Shown piece after piece: positions 37,628 through 47,242 of a stretch of 64,000 nucleotides of DNA; the stretch's first letter is position 1; every line of letters starts with the position of its first letter. Below the pieces are notes generated by a model, which saw only the letters and a list, made by a program, of their open reading frames with translations, was not told where the DNA came from and did no database searches. A program made the position numbers and the translations under genes. Origin of the DNA: Caldithrix sp. (GTDB lineage Bacteria > Calditrichota > Calditrichia > Calditrichales > Calditrichaceae); assembly GCA_020720405.1 (NCBI GenBank), contig DYOS01000001.1:31002-95001 (forward strand), written 5' to 3'.

Positions 37628-39910
37628 TTAAACTGATACTTTAAATTTAAGCTCTTCGAGAATACGCAGGCTGCTCAATTTGGCGAATCTGCCATTTTCC
37701 AGCATCGGTCCGGTGCAGGAGGGGCAACCATCGCTGCATGGACATTGGCGGATATGGCGGTAAACCACCTGCAGAACGGAGTCATCCAGCGTATAAAGTT
37801 TTTTACTCAAACCGATGCCGCCCTGGTATTTATCATAAACGTAAATGGTAGGTTTGTGGCTAAACGGCGCCCGGACCATGGGAATAACCGAAATATCACT
37901 GCTGTCGCAAAGAATATAAAGTGGTATGAGATGGCCGAGAGTATGGGCGATTCCGCTCAGCCCTTCTCCGATCACGGATTCCTGGTAAAAGGGATCGGTG
38001 AATAGGTCATCCGGAAATTCCCACCACAGGGCATTGGTCTGAATTTCCTGCTCCGGCAGGAACACTTTACCTAAACCGATATTTTCATGGCTGTGAAATT
38101 TGATTTTTTTGAAGGCTGTGGTCACCCGGGTCACCGCCACATCGCCAAAATTCTTAAAATACCCATGCTCATTATTGAATTCAGTTTCCGAAACATCGAG
38201 TACTTTCAGGTCTGTTTTGGTGATCGCATCGGTAAAATGATCCACATCTACCTGGTGGACATAAGCCTTCAGCTCTGCCCAGTTCAGTTTATCAACAAAG
38301 TATTGAATACTGTTGTGCATATAAATAGCATCATCGTGCAGCATTTCCGGTGCGGCAAATTTATCGATTTCGCCAATAATTTTAGGACCTGCCGTGGTAT
38401 CAACGATAACAACATTCTCCGGACTGGCATTGCGCAGGCTGACCTGTTCCGCCGGGTATTTATCGGCCATCCAGTGGAATCGGTTTTCGGTTTTGCGCAA
38501 AACCCGTTCTTCGGTTAAAAAATCAAGAAGCTGGGTGGTGATTCCCGGGGTAAATATTTCATTATCGTCAAAAGGCAGTTCGAAGGCGGCGCATTTCAGG
38601 TGGCTGAGCAGGATCGACAGGTTGTCTGCATCGGTCTGTGCCCGTTCCGGATTTTTACCGAAAAAATACTCCGGGTTCTGGATAATGTACTGATCAAGCG
38701 GATTGCTCGAGGCGACCAGAATAGTAAGCGAGGCTGACTGTCGCCGCCCGGCCCGGCCGGATTGCTGCCAGGTACTGGAAACCGAACCCGGATAACCGGC
38801 CATAATCGAAACATCCAGTTGGCCAATATCGATACCAAGTTCCAGGGCATTGGTGCTGACCACCACCTTTATCGAGCCGTTTTTCAATCCCTTCTCAATT
38901 TCCCGGCGTTCCTTTGGCAGGTAACCACCGCGATAACCTTTGATCTGTTCCGGGTTAATTTTAAGATCAACCGCCAATTCCTTAAGATAGGTCACCAGTA
39001 GTTCGACCCGCTGCCGGCTGCGGGCAAAGATGATAATCTGTATACCAGTCGGCAGAATTTTTCGGACAATACTGCGAACTTCATTAATGACCGAACGCCG
39101 CAATCCAAGCTCGCGGTTTATGACCGGCGGATTATAAAGGATAAAATTTTTCTGTCCGGCCGGTGAACCGTTCTCATCAATAAGATTAACCGTCCGTTTT
39201 AAAATATTCTCGGCAAATTCTTTGGGATTGGCGATGGTCGCACTGGCGCAAATATAAGTTGGTGAGCTGCCGTAAAACTGACAGATCCGATTAAGCCGGC
39301 GCAGCAGATTGGAAAGGTGGCTGCCAAAGACACCGCGATAATAATGGATTTCGTCAATAACGATAAAATTCAGATTCTCGAAAAGTTTTATCCATAAAGT
39401 ATGATGCGGTAAAATACCCTGATGCAACATATCCGGATTGGTCACAACAATATGTCCGGCTGTACGGATGGTACGCCGGATATCAACCGGGGTATCACCA
39501 TCGAAAGTAAAAGATTTAATATCCTCACCCAGAGCTTTGACCATTTCCTGTGTTTCATGAACCTGATCCTGGGACAGCGCTTTTGTTGGAAAAAGATAAA
39601 GGGCACGGGATTCCGGCATTTGGAGAAGACGCTGAAAAACCGGAAGATTATAACTCAGCGTTTTCCCGGAGGCGGTGGGCGTAACAATTACGGTATCGGA
39701 ATGGTTATTTATGGATTCAAAGGCAACGGCCTGATGGGAGTATAACCGGGAAATTCCCCTGCTTAGCAAAACCGTATGCAACCGGGGGTCAAGTTCAGAC
39801 GGAAAATCAGCATATCGGGCAGGTTTAGGATCGATGGTATGCCAGGATGTAACATTCCCGGCAAAATCAGGTTGGTGCTTCAGGTAATCGAATAACTGTT
39901 CAAAATTCAT
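37628..39910 (-). CDS. mrfA: DEAD/DEAH-box helicase with C-terminal DUF1998 Zn-binding domain, MrfA/YprA-like
   Basis: The helicase motifs are TPTASGKT (motif I), DEIH (motif II), SATIANP (motif III), VSTNALELGIDIG and QQSGRAGRR (motif VI). The C-terminal four-Cys cluster reads CPCSDGCPSC. Confidence 0.8.
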   Translation of the reverse strand: MNFEQLFDYLKHQPDFAGNVTSWHTIDPKPARYADFPSELDPRLHTVLLSRGISRLYSHQAVAFESINNHSDTVIVTPTASGKTLSYNLPVFQRLLQMPESRALYLFPTKALSQDQVHETQEMVKALGEDIKSFTFDGDTPVDIRRTIRTAGHIVVTNPDMLHQGILPHHTLWIKLFENLNFIVIDEIHYYRGVFGSHLSNLLRRLNRICQFYGSSPTYICASATIANPKEFAENILKRTVNLIDENGSPAGQKNFILYNPPVINRELGLRRSVINEVRSIVRKILPTGIQIIIFARSRQRVELLVTYLKELAVDLKINPEQIKGYRGGYLPKERREIEKGLKNGSIKVVVSTNALELGIDIGQLDVSIMAGYPGSVSSTWQQSGRAGRRQSASLTILVASSNPLDQYIIQNPEYFFGKNPERAQTDADNLSILLSHLKCAAFELPFDDNEIFTPGITTQLLDFLTEERVLRKTENRFHWMADKYPAEQVSLRNASPENVVIVDTTAGPKIIGEIDKFAAPEMLHDDAIYMHNSIQYFVDKLNWAELKAYVHQVDVDHFTDAITKTDLKVLDVSETEFNNEHGYFKNFGDVAVTRVTTAFKKIKFHSHENIGLGKVFLPEQEIQTNALWWEFPDDLFTDPFYQESVIGEGLSGIAHTLGHLIPLYILCDSSDISVIPMVRAPFSHKPTIYVYDKYQGGIGLSKKLYTLDDSVLQVVYRHIRQCPCSDGCPSCTGPMLENGRFAKLSSLRILEELKFKVSV

Positions 39911-39984
39911 AAAATGGTATACATTTGTTAACTAAACATAAAGGCAATCTCTACTTAGATCAAGCCGGAAAATGAACCGCCGGC

Positions 39985-40016
39985 AATAAAAAAGCCGGAA
40001 CAATATCTGCCCCGGC
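39985..40016 (-). terminator. Possible rho-independent terminator after the TolB-like gene
   Basis: On the - strand, GCCGG-(13 nt)-CCGGC is followed by TTTTTTATT. The stem is short, at 5 bp. Confidence 0.4.
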
Positions 40017-40043
40017 CTGGATACTTTTTGATAATTCTGATAC

Positions 40044-41381
40044 CTACAAATTTTCGAGGGCTTTATCAATCTCAGCGATGACATCGGCCGGTGCTGCTTC
40101 GGATATCTGCCGGCTCAGATCAATCTCAAAGATGTCATAGTTACCATTCCTTTCGCTATGGAAAATTATTTTCGAGCCATCGGGAGAAAATTCGGCATCG
40201 CTGTCATTTGCCGGATTTGAGGTCAGCCTTTGCTCGGCAGTGCCATCGGAATTCATCATAAACAGGTCAAAATTACCATTCCGGTTGGAGGAGAAAACAA
40301 TTTTATCACCATTCGGCGAAACGACCGGCTGAATATCATCGGCTCCGGGATTAAAGGTAAGCCGGGTTAATTTTTCACCGCGGAAATCCATTCGATAAAT
40401 ATCATACCGGCCTTCACGGTTTGAATCAAAATAAATTCGCCCGTTATGCTCGGTACTTTCCGGGGCAATACAGGGATTGCCGTCATTATTTTCGGTATGA
40501 GTCAGAGTTAATTGAAACCGACCATCCTTCTCCATGAGGAAAACATCAGAAAAATATTCGTAATAAAGAACCTCACGCGAATCATTCCGTTCGGATGTAA
40601 AACAAATGAAACGACCGTCAGCCGAAGGTCGCGGTGCCCAGTCATCCGAGCCATTGGTAGTCAGATTTTTGGTGATTCCTGTTTTTATATCCTGGGTGTA
40701 GATTTCCCGGAGCTGCATCGTGTATTCAACGCCGCGGTGATCATCCCTGGTTGATGTGTAAACAATATGATCTGATGAACCTAGATAGGAGGGTGATTCT
40801 TCATTTCCAGGAGTCTGAATAAGCAGACGTTTTACACCTGAAGCTATTTCGTATTCAGCAATATCCCAATTCCCATATTCATTGGTTTGAAAAATAATTT
40901 TAGTTCCATCCGGTGAATAGCTTCCTGCAGCCTGATGACCCGTTCCGGAAATAAGCGGGCTGGTTTCGAAGGCATCCATAAATTTTGGAGAAATCCGGTC
41001 CAGGTAAGCGGAGCCGGCACTTGTTTCGAGCACTTTTTTGTAATGTAGCAGCGCTTTTTTCTGATCTCCGGCTGATTCAGCAATCTGGGCATAAAGAAAC
41101 AGGGATTCTGCATCATTGGGGTCGGTGGACAGCCCGCTCTCCAATTCACGCATGGCTTCCAGTTTGTTTCCATTTTCGTAATAGATCTCGGCCAGTTCGC
41201 GCCGCAGACCGGGATTATCCGGGTCTTTTTTAATCTGGGCTTTGAGATCATCAACCCGGCCCCGATCCGTTTCATCACTGATTAAAACAGCGGGTTCGGC
41301 CCCGGTCTGTTTTGAACCGGAACAGTTCAGCAGGGCTATCAGGCTGATGGCCAGTAACAGGAGGACAAGCGTTCTTTTCAT
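40044..41381 (-). CDS. Lipoprotein with N-terminal TPR and C-terminal TolB-like PD40 beta-propeller repeats
   Basis: The lipobox is LLNCSG. TPR helices include AEIYYENGNKLEAMRELE. Repeated SPDG.KI.F.S.R.GN.DI(F/Y) units (YSPDGTKIIFQTNEYGNWDI, SPNGDKIVFSSNRNGNFDLF, SPDGSKIIFHSERNGNYDIF) form the PD40 region. Confidence 0.8.
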   Translation of the reverse strand: MKRTLVLLLLAISLIALLNCSGSKQTGAEPAVLISDETDRGRVDDLKAQIKKDPDNPGLRRELAEIYYENGNKLEAMRELESGLSTDPNDAESLFLYAQIAESAGDQKKALLHYKKVLETSAGSAYLDRISPKFMDAFETSPLISGTGHQAAGSYSPDGTKIIFQTNEYGNWDIAEYEIASGVKRLLIQTPGNEESPSYLGSSDHIVYTSTRDDHRGVEYTMQLREIYTQDIKTGITKNLTTNGSDDWAPRPSADGRFICFTSERNDSREVLYYEYFSDVFLMEKDGRFQLTLTHTENNDGNPCIAPESTEHNGRIYFDSNREGRYDIYRMDFRGEKLTRLTFNPGADDIQPVVSPNGDKIVFSSNRNGNFDLFMMNSDGTAEQRLTSNPANDSDAEFSPDGSKIIFHSERNGNYDIFEIDLSRQISEAAPADVIAEIDKALENL

Positions 41382-41395
41382 CGGGCTTTTCCCTT

Positions 41396-44300
41396 CTAAC
41401 CTTTTATCTGGTTGATACGTTTTTCAGCTTCTTTCTTTAATGTCAAATCAATGCCGGGACGATTGATGATTTCCTGATACATACGGATAGCATCGCTGGT
41501 GCGTCCCAATTTTTCATAAGCCTGTCCACTGTAGTACAGGGCACTTGCTTCCCATTGAAGTTTTGTCTTGATTGAAAGTAAGGGAATTTTGACAAATTCT
41601 GCAATGGCATTTTCATATTGTCCGGCCTTTAGATAGGCTTCACCGATATAATATTGTATTTCCGGCTCGCGTTCACTATCGGCTTCAGTCTTGATCTGCT
41701 TGAGGTAATCAATTGCGGTAACATACTGATTCAGGTTTATGGAAGCCCGGGCAATAAGAATTTTTTTGTCCAGCCGGTCTTCGGCAGCCGGAAATTCTTC
41801 AATATATTGGCGTGCTGTTCCCTGGGCGGCATCCCAAAATCCGGTAAAAGTGTAGGTTTTAATCAGATTGGATAAAATACTGGCCCTGAGGGCCGAATCC
41901 GGGTTTCTCTCAAGGGCAGATTTATAAGCCCGCAGTGCGTCTTCGTATTTTTCGCCGCGGAAATAAAGGGTACCGATGGTATTATTAACATCGGCCAGTT
42001 TATCACTGTGAGGATACTTTACGCTGAAATCGGTCAGGTACTCCAAGGCCTTTTCGTTTTTATTGAGAACGAGATAGTTCAAAGCCAGGGCATAATCGGC
42101 ATCATCGATATACGGTGTAGATTTGTAATTTTTCTTTATCTGCTCAAGATAATCTATGGCTGTCTGGTAGTTTTTCTGCAACCGCTGCTGCTCAGCCAGT
42201 TCAAGGATAAACTGAGCCAGGGCGGTTTCATTTTTTTTATAATCTTTTTTGAATGTGGCCATTTCAAACTGGCTCTGCTTTAAATCGCCCTGACGGATTA
42301 AAGCAATAATATATGCAGCGCGCAATTCCATCAGATCGGGTTGATCAGCAGATTCGGCCAGAATAGCCTGGTAAGTCTGGGCACACTGTCTGTAATCACC
42401 GGTATTGAAATATATTTCAGCTTTGTGCCGTGCGGCCTGCTTTTTAAGCTCGGGATCCGATTTTATTGCGCTGAAATTACGAAGGGCTGTTTTGAACTGA
42501 CCCTTGGCCGAGTAATATTGGCCAAGGTAAAAATGGACCGCATCGGCCCGGACTTGATCAGGCTGAAATGATAAAAAGCGCGAATAATATTCAATCGCTT
42601 TTTTCATCTCATCTTTTTCCTGGTAGGCTTTGGCCAGTATAAACAAATCATCACCAATATTTTCAGGAAGCAGTTCCTGCTTTAAAACCACATCGTCAAC
42701 CAGATTTAAATCGATTCGTGATTCCAGCATCCTAATCAGTTCTTCATAATCGGCAGATTCATAAAGCAGGTTGCGGTGTTGTTCACGCACATAGTCAATT
42801 TGGTCCGAGTAATAATAATCACTTTCAAACTTGATGTAGAATTGCCTTGCTACATCGTTCATACCTTTGTGCCGGTAATATTCAGCCAGAGAAATAACGG
42901 CAGTTGCCGCCGGAATGGATTCCGGAAATTTACGAACAATGGTTTTGTATTTTTCCACCGCTGCTTCCGGCTCATCAGCTTCGATTAGTTTTCCATAGCC
43001 ATAAAGGTAATAAGGAAGATTCCGGCTATGAGGGAAATCTTTAGTCAGTAATTCAAAATAATTGCGGGCTTCGATCTGCAATTCTGGAGCAAAAGATAAA
43101 TTTTCAGCCAGGGCGGCATACCATTCTTCCAGTAATTTACTTTTCGGGTATTTGGCGATAAGTGCAAACAGATATTTCCGTTCATCCAAAGCAGAACTGG
43201 AATCCGTATTAATCTTATTCTGCAGGATGTACCAGGCCGCAAGGTCTGTAAAACTGCCGGTTTTAGCAAGCTTAATACTTTCGTGAAAGTGCTGCCCGGC
43301 AACGGATTTCAGTTCGGATTTTTCGGTTTCACCAGCCAGTTCTGCCAGCTTCAGAGTGGTTTCACCCAAATAATATTGCACATCCGGATAGTAAGCTGTG
43401 TTTGAATCGGAAGCCTGACTAAACAAGGAGCGGGCGGTTTTATAATCTTTCAGCTCATTAAAATAAATTACGCCGAGACGGTAATTATTGTACTTTTTAT
43501 CTGTTCCGCTATTATTCTGAAGAGAGATCAGTTCAGCCAGTTTCAGCACGGCCACATGCAGATCAACAATCCGATAGTCCTGCAGAAACTGCAACCGTTC
43601 GGCGGCTTTTCCGGAGAGTTCCGAGGCGCCAAAATTATGCATCAGTTTCTCGTAGAATTGAGCAGCAGTTTCATAATTTTTTATCATCTCATGGCTGTAG
43701 GCCAGGTTATAATAGATATCATCAATGTCGGGCAGCGGGTTATTATCCAGCGTAAAGGGCGTAAAGATGCGGATAATCTGGTTCCATTCCTCATTTTCGG
43801 TCAACAGTTTAAGCAACAGGGTTCGCAGTTCGGAATTGGATTCCTTTTTAATAATCAGGTTTCTCAGGAATTGTCCGGCTTCATCTGCCTTTCCTGCCCG
43901 GATCAGCCACTGGGCATTATGATAATAAACCGAAGCCCGGAGCAGAGCCGGTATATTTTCATAATCCAGATCATTCCTGATTTCCATCTGCGCCGTCTGG
44001 TACCTGTTTAGTTTTGCTTTAGCCAGGGCATGTTTAAAATGAACAACCACCCGCAATGAATCGTTTTCCGGTTGATATTCTGAATAGGCAATATCAGCAA
44101 GTCCGAAATTGCTCATCAGAAAATGAACATCACCAAGCGCACTGATCAGGTCATTTTTCTTACCCGGATTTTTATCAATGGCCTTTTTTAACAGTATCTG
44201 GGCCTGACTTAGATCATTATTACGGATCAGCTGCAGCACATAAAGACGGACGGCCGGAATATAGGCAGGACTTTTTTCATGAATATCAATGATTCGTTTG

Positions 44301-45001
44301 AGTTCCGCTAATGCTTTTTCGTTGATGCCGGATTGAAATTCAATTTTTGCCGAAAGTAACAGAGCTGAGGCGAGTACATCGCCCTTTGGATTGGTCGCCT
44401 CAAGCCGGTCGAGGTATTCCCTTGCAACTGCACCTTGCCCCTGCCGATAAAGGATTTCGGCAATGCCATACCAGGCTGGAGCGACAAATTCAGAATCCGG
44501 ATAGCGCTCCTGGAGCTTTTTATAATTTATATAGGCACTCTCTTCCTTACCATGCATGCTAAAAATTTCGGCACTGCGGTACAATCCTTCAGCGGCAAAT
44601 CCACTGGCCGGATAAAGGAGATAAATGGATTCAAAAGCACGCGCAGCTTCAGCCTGTTCATCGGTTTGAACAAGACACTGGGCTGAATAATACAAAGCCT
44701 CAGCAGCCCGGGAGTTTTTTGGCAATTCAAGGGCAATGGATTGAAACTCAACCCTGGCTTTGACGAAATCCTTTAATTTTAAAAGTGACATTCCGGCAAA
44801 AAATCGGGCTTCACCGTTTTGACTGCTGGCCGGGTAGGTGGTATAAAATTGAATAAATTGTTGCGCCGCAATATCATAAAATGACTGATTATACAGCTTT
44901 AAGGCGTAGGAGAAATCACTGCCCTCCTGCTCAACCTGGCTATACGAGACAGAAATCAGAAGAAAGCAGATTGAAACTATGTATTTAAAACGCTTGCTCA
45001 T
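41396..45001 (-). CDS. Very large secreted TPR-repeat protein (1201 aa)
   Basis: A signal peptide is present. TPR-like or YbgF-like repeats continue along the whole length (e.g. AxFxxGxxLLKLKDFxxA, YPxSxxAxxAxY). Confidence 0.75.
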   Translation of the reverse strand: MSKRFKYIVSICFLLISVSYSQVEQEGSDFSYALKLYNQSFYDIAAQQFIQFYTTYPASSQNGEARFFAGMSLLKLKDFVKARVEFQSIALELPKNSRAAEALYYSAQCLVQTDEQAEAARAFESIYLLYPASGFAAEGLYRSAEIFSMHGKEESAYINYKKLQERYPDSEFVAPAWYGIAEILYRQGQGAVAREYLDRLEATNPKGDVLASALLLSAKIEFQSGINEKALAELKRIIDIHEKSPAYIPAVRLYVLQLIRNNDLSQAQILLKKAIDKNPGKKNDLISALGDVHFLMSNFGLADIAYSEYQPENDSLRVVVHFKHALAKAKLNRYQTAQMEIRNDLDYENIPALLRASVYYHNAQWLIRAGKADEAGQFLRNLIIKKESNSELRTLLLKLLTENEEWNQIIRIFTPFTLDNNPLPDIDDIYYNLAYSHEMIKNYETAAQFYEKLMHNFGASELSGKAAERLQFLQDYRIVDLHVAVLKLAELISLQNNSGTDKKYNNYRLGVIYFNELKDYKTARSLFSQASDSNTAYYPDVQYYLGETTLKLAELAGETEKSELKSVAGQHFHESIKLAKTGSFTDLAAWYILQNKINTDSSSALDERKYLFALIAKYPKSKLLEEWYAALAENLSFAPELQIEARNYFELLTKDFPHSRNLPYYLYGYGKLIEADEPEAAVEKYKTIVRKFPESIPAATAVISLAEYYRHKGMNDVARQFYIKFESDYYYSDQIDYVREQHRNLLYESADYEELIRMLESRIDLNLVDDVVLKQELLPENIGDDLFILAKAYQEKDEMKKAIEYYSRFLSFQPDQVRADAVHFYLGQYYSAKGQFKTALRNFSAIKSDPELKKQAARHKAEIYFNTGDYRQCAQTYQAILAESADQPDLMELRAAYIIALIRQGDLKQSQFEMATFKKDYKKNETALAQFILELAEQQRLQKNYQTAIDYLEQIKKNYKSTPYIDDADYALALNYLVLNKNEKALEYLTDFSVKYPHSDKLADVNNTIGTLYFRGEKYEDALRAYKSALERNPDSALRASILSNLIKTYTFTGFWDAAQGTARQYIEEFPAAEDRLDKKILIARASINLNQYVTAIDYLKQIKTEADSEREPEIQYYIGEAYLKAGQYENAIAEFVKIPLLSIKTKLQWEASALYYSGQAYEKLGRTSDAIRMYQEIINRPGIDLTLKKEAEKRINQIKG

Positions 45002-45005
45002 CTTT

Positions 45006-47240
45006 TTAATCCATGCTCTCCAACGGTGTTAAATTGGCATACTGTTTGACCAGTTTTTTAATAATTCCACCATCAAATTCAAAGAAATGAACCGTCACTT
45101 TCATTTTATCACCTTCACCTTCAACCTGGCTGATTTTGCCTTTTCCAAAAGTCTCGTGATAAACCAGCTGGCCAACCCGGTAGAATTCCACTTCCTGGTT
45201 ATGTGAATTTGAGTAGTTAAAATAATTCTGTATCGCCCGGCGTCTTTTGGAAGGCTGAAATTCTGCCTTTGATGACAGAAGATTCCTGGCTGTGCCGCGA
45301 ACTTCAACCAATTTTGGCGGGATCTCCAGATAAAAAGGTGAGATCTCCGATTCTTTAAATTTGTTCTGACGGCGGCGCATCATGGCCATACTCAGGTGCA
45401 GTTTTTCCTGGGCCCGGGTCATTCCGACATATAGAAGCCTGCGCTCTTCTTCCAGCTCATTCATCGTCGAATCGGGTCTCTGCATCGGGATAAGTCCATT
45501 CTCCAAACCAGCCACAAAAACGACCGGGAATTCCAGACCTTTGGCCGAATGGAGTGTCATTAATGTTACCGAATTATTTTCTTCGTTATAAGTATCGACA
45601 TCGGCGGTCAGGCTGACCTGTTGCAGGAAAACAGCCAGACGGGCTTCGAGTCCCTGCGCTTCCTGCGTTTCGCCGAAATTATCAATACTATCCATAAATT
45701 CCTGCAGATTAGCAACCCTGTTCTCACTTTCGTACTGGTCATACTCTGTTTTGTAGTGGTGCATCAGACCACTTTCAGCAGCTAAGGTCCTGACCAGTTC
45801 ACCGGCTGCAATCTTATTCTGCAGATCAACAAATTTTGAGATCAACTCATGGAAGCCGATAACTTTTTGACCCATAGTTTCGGAGATAGTTGATATTTCC
45901 CTGACCCGGGCCAGACCTGCGAAAAGTGAAATACCTTCCATCTCGGAGAATTTTTCGATCTTTGAGACCGTTGTTTCACCTACCCCGCGCAGCGGGAAAT
46001 TGATTATCCGCTTGAGTGCAACACTGTCTGCGGGATTGACCACTAATCTGAGATAAGAGACAAGGTCTTTAATTTCTTTCCGGTCATAAAATTTAAGGTT
46101 ACCGATTACCGTATAATTGATATTATTACGACGCATGGCATCTTCAAGGGCACGGCTCTGCGCATTTGTGCGGTAGAGAATGGCAATATCTTTAAAACTC
46201 CTCTTTTGGGAGAAGATTTCATCATGGATCAGTTCAATAATTTTTTGAGCTTCCTGATCAGGGTCCGGGCTGGTTGTAAACGAAATCTTTTCACCGTCGG
46301 CCCGGTTTGAAAACATGGTCTTGCCAAGCCGGTCCGTATTATTCATAACCAGGGCATTTGCTGCGCCCAGGATAACCTGTGTTGACCGGTAATTTTCTTC
46401 CAGCTTGAAGGTTGCCGCATCCGGAAAATCCCGGTTAAAGGAAAGAATATTCTGTATATCTGCACCGCGCCAGCCATAAATGGACTGATCTTCATCGCCA
46501 ACCACACAAATGTTCTTATGTTTTCCGGTCAGATTTTTTACCAGCAGGTACTGAGCATGATTGGTATCCTGATATTCGTCAACCATTATATACTTGAACT
46601 GATTTGAATATTTTTCCAGTATATCCGGGTGCTGATAAAATAAATCCAGTGGTTTTATAAGCAGATCATCAAAATCCATAGCATTATTTTTTTTCAGATG
46701 AATTTCATACTGCTTGTAAATCTGTGGTAAATCCTGGTCAATCAGGTCAAGTTCAGCCGGATTGATCTGGTCTGGCTTGATAAATTTATTTTTTAGCCGG
46801 GAAATTTTGTTAAGTATAATCTTTTCCCGGTTCAACTGTTGGGGAATACCATGGGAACTGAGAACTTTTTTCAAAGCCCGGGAAGAATCGTCCGTATCAA
46901 AAATCGAGAAATTGGTGTCGTAACCAAGATAAGTGCAATCACGTCGTAAAATTCTGGCAAAAATGCTGTGAAATGTGCCCAGCCAGAGATTCTTTACAAA
47001 ACCGCCCGTAATCTGTTCGATGCGGTTTCTCATTTCACTGGCTGCCTTATTGGTAAAAGTAACCGCCAAAATTTGATCCGGGTTCACCTTTTTCTCGAAT
47101 AGTAAATAGGCCAGACGGTAGATCAGTGTCCGTGTTTTACCGCTGCCGGCACCAGCCAGGATGAGAACAGCACCGTCGGTGGTGGTGACTGCTTTTTTCT
47201 GGACATCATTCAAGGAAGACAAATTAAAATTCATGCTCAC
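45006..47240 (-). CDS. pcrA: ATP-dependent DNA helicase, UvrD/PcrA family
   Basis: Motif I is LILAGAGSGKT. VDEYQDTN, YRS, TLHSAKGLEF and LLYVGMTRA are also present. The C-terminus has a Tudor-like tail. Confidence 0.9.
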   Translation of the reverse strand: MSMNFNLSSLNDVQKKAVTTTDGAVLILAGAGSGKTRTLIYRLAYLLFEKKVNPDQILAVTFTNKAASEMRNRIEQITGGFVKNLWLGTFHSIFARILRRDCTYLGYDTNFSIFDTDDSSRALKKVLSSHGIPQQLNREKIILNKISRLKNKFIKPDQINPAELDLIDQDLPQIYKQYEIHLKKNNAMDFDDLLIKPLDLFYQHPDILEKYSNQFKYIMVDEYQDTNHAQYLLVKNLTGKHKNICVVGDEDQSIYGWRGADIQNILSFNRDFPDAATFKLEENYRSTQVILGAANALVMNNTDRLGKTMFSNRADGEKISFTTSPDPDQEAQKIIELIHDEIFSQKRSFKDIAILYRTNAQSRALEDAMRRNNINYTVIGNLKFYDRKEIKDLVSYLRLVVNPADSVALKRIINFPLRGVGETTVSKIEKFSEMEGISLFAGLARVREISTISETMGQKVIGFHELISKFVDLQNKIAAGELVRTLAAESGLMHHYKTEYDQYESENRVANLQEFMDSIDNFGETQEAQGLEARLAVFLQQVSLTADVDTYNEENNSVTLMTLHSAKGLEFPVVFVAGLENGLIPMQRPDSTMNELEEERRLLYVGMTRAQEKLHLSMAMMRRRQNKFKESEISPFYLEIPPKLVEVRGTARNLLSSKAEFQPSKRRRAIQNYFNYSNSHNQEVEFYRVGQLVYHETFGKGKISQVEGEGDKMKVTVHFFEFDGGIIKKLVKQYANLTPLESMD

Positions 47241-47242
47241 CC

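Noticed and set aside
36422-39910. The DUF1998 helicase might be part of a DISARM or Druantia-like defence island.
   Set aside because: No methyltransferase, PLD nuclease, DUF4145 or other defence partner genes flank it. The downstream DEDD-exonuclease-TPR partner matches the MrfA/MrfB repair pair instead. I kept the locus as a finding for verification.
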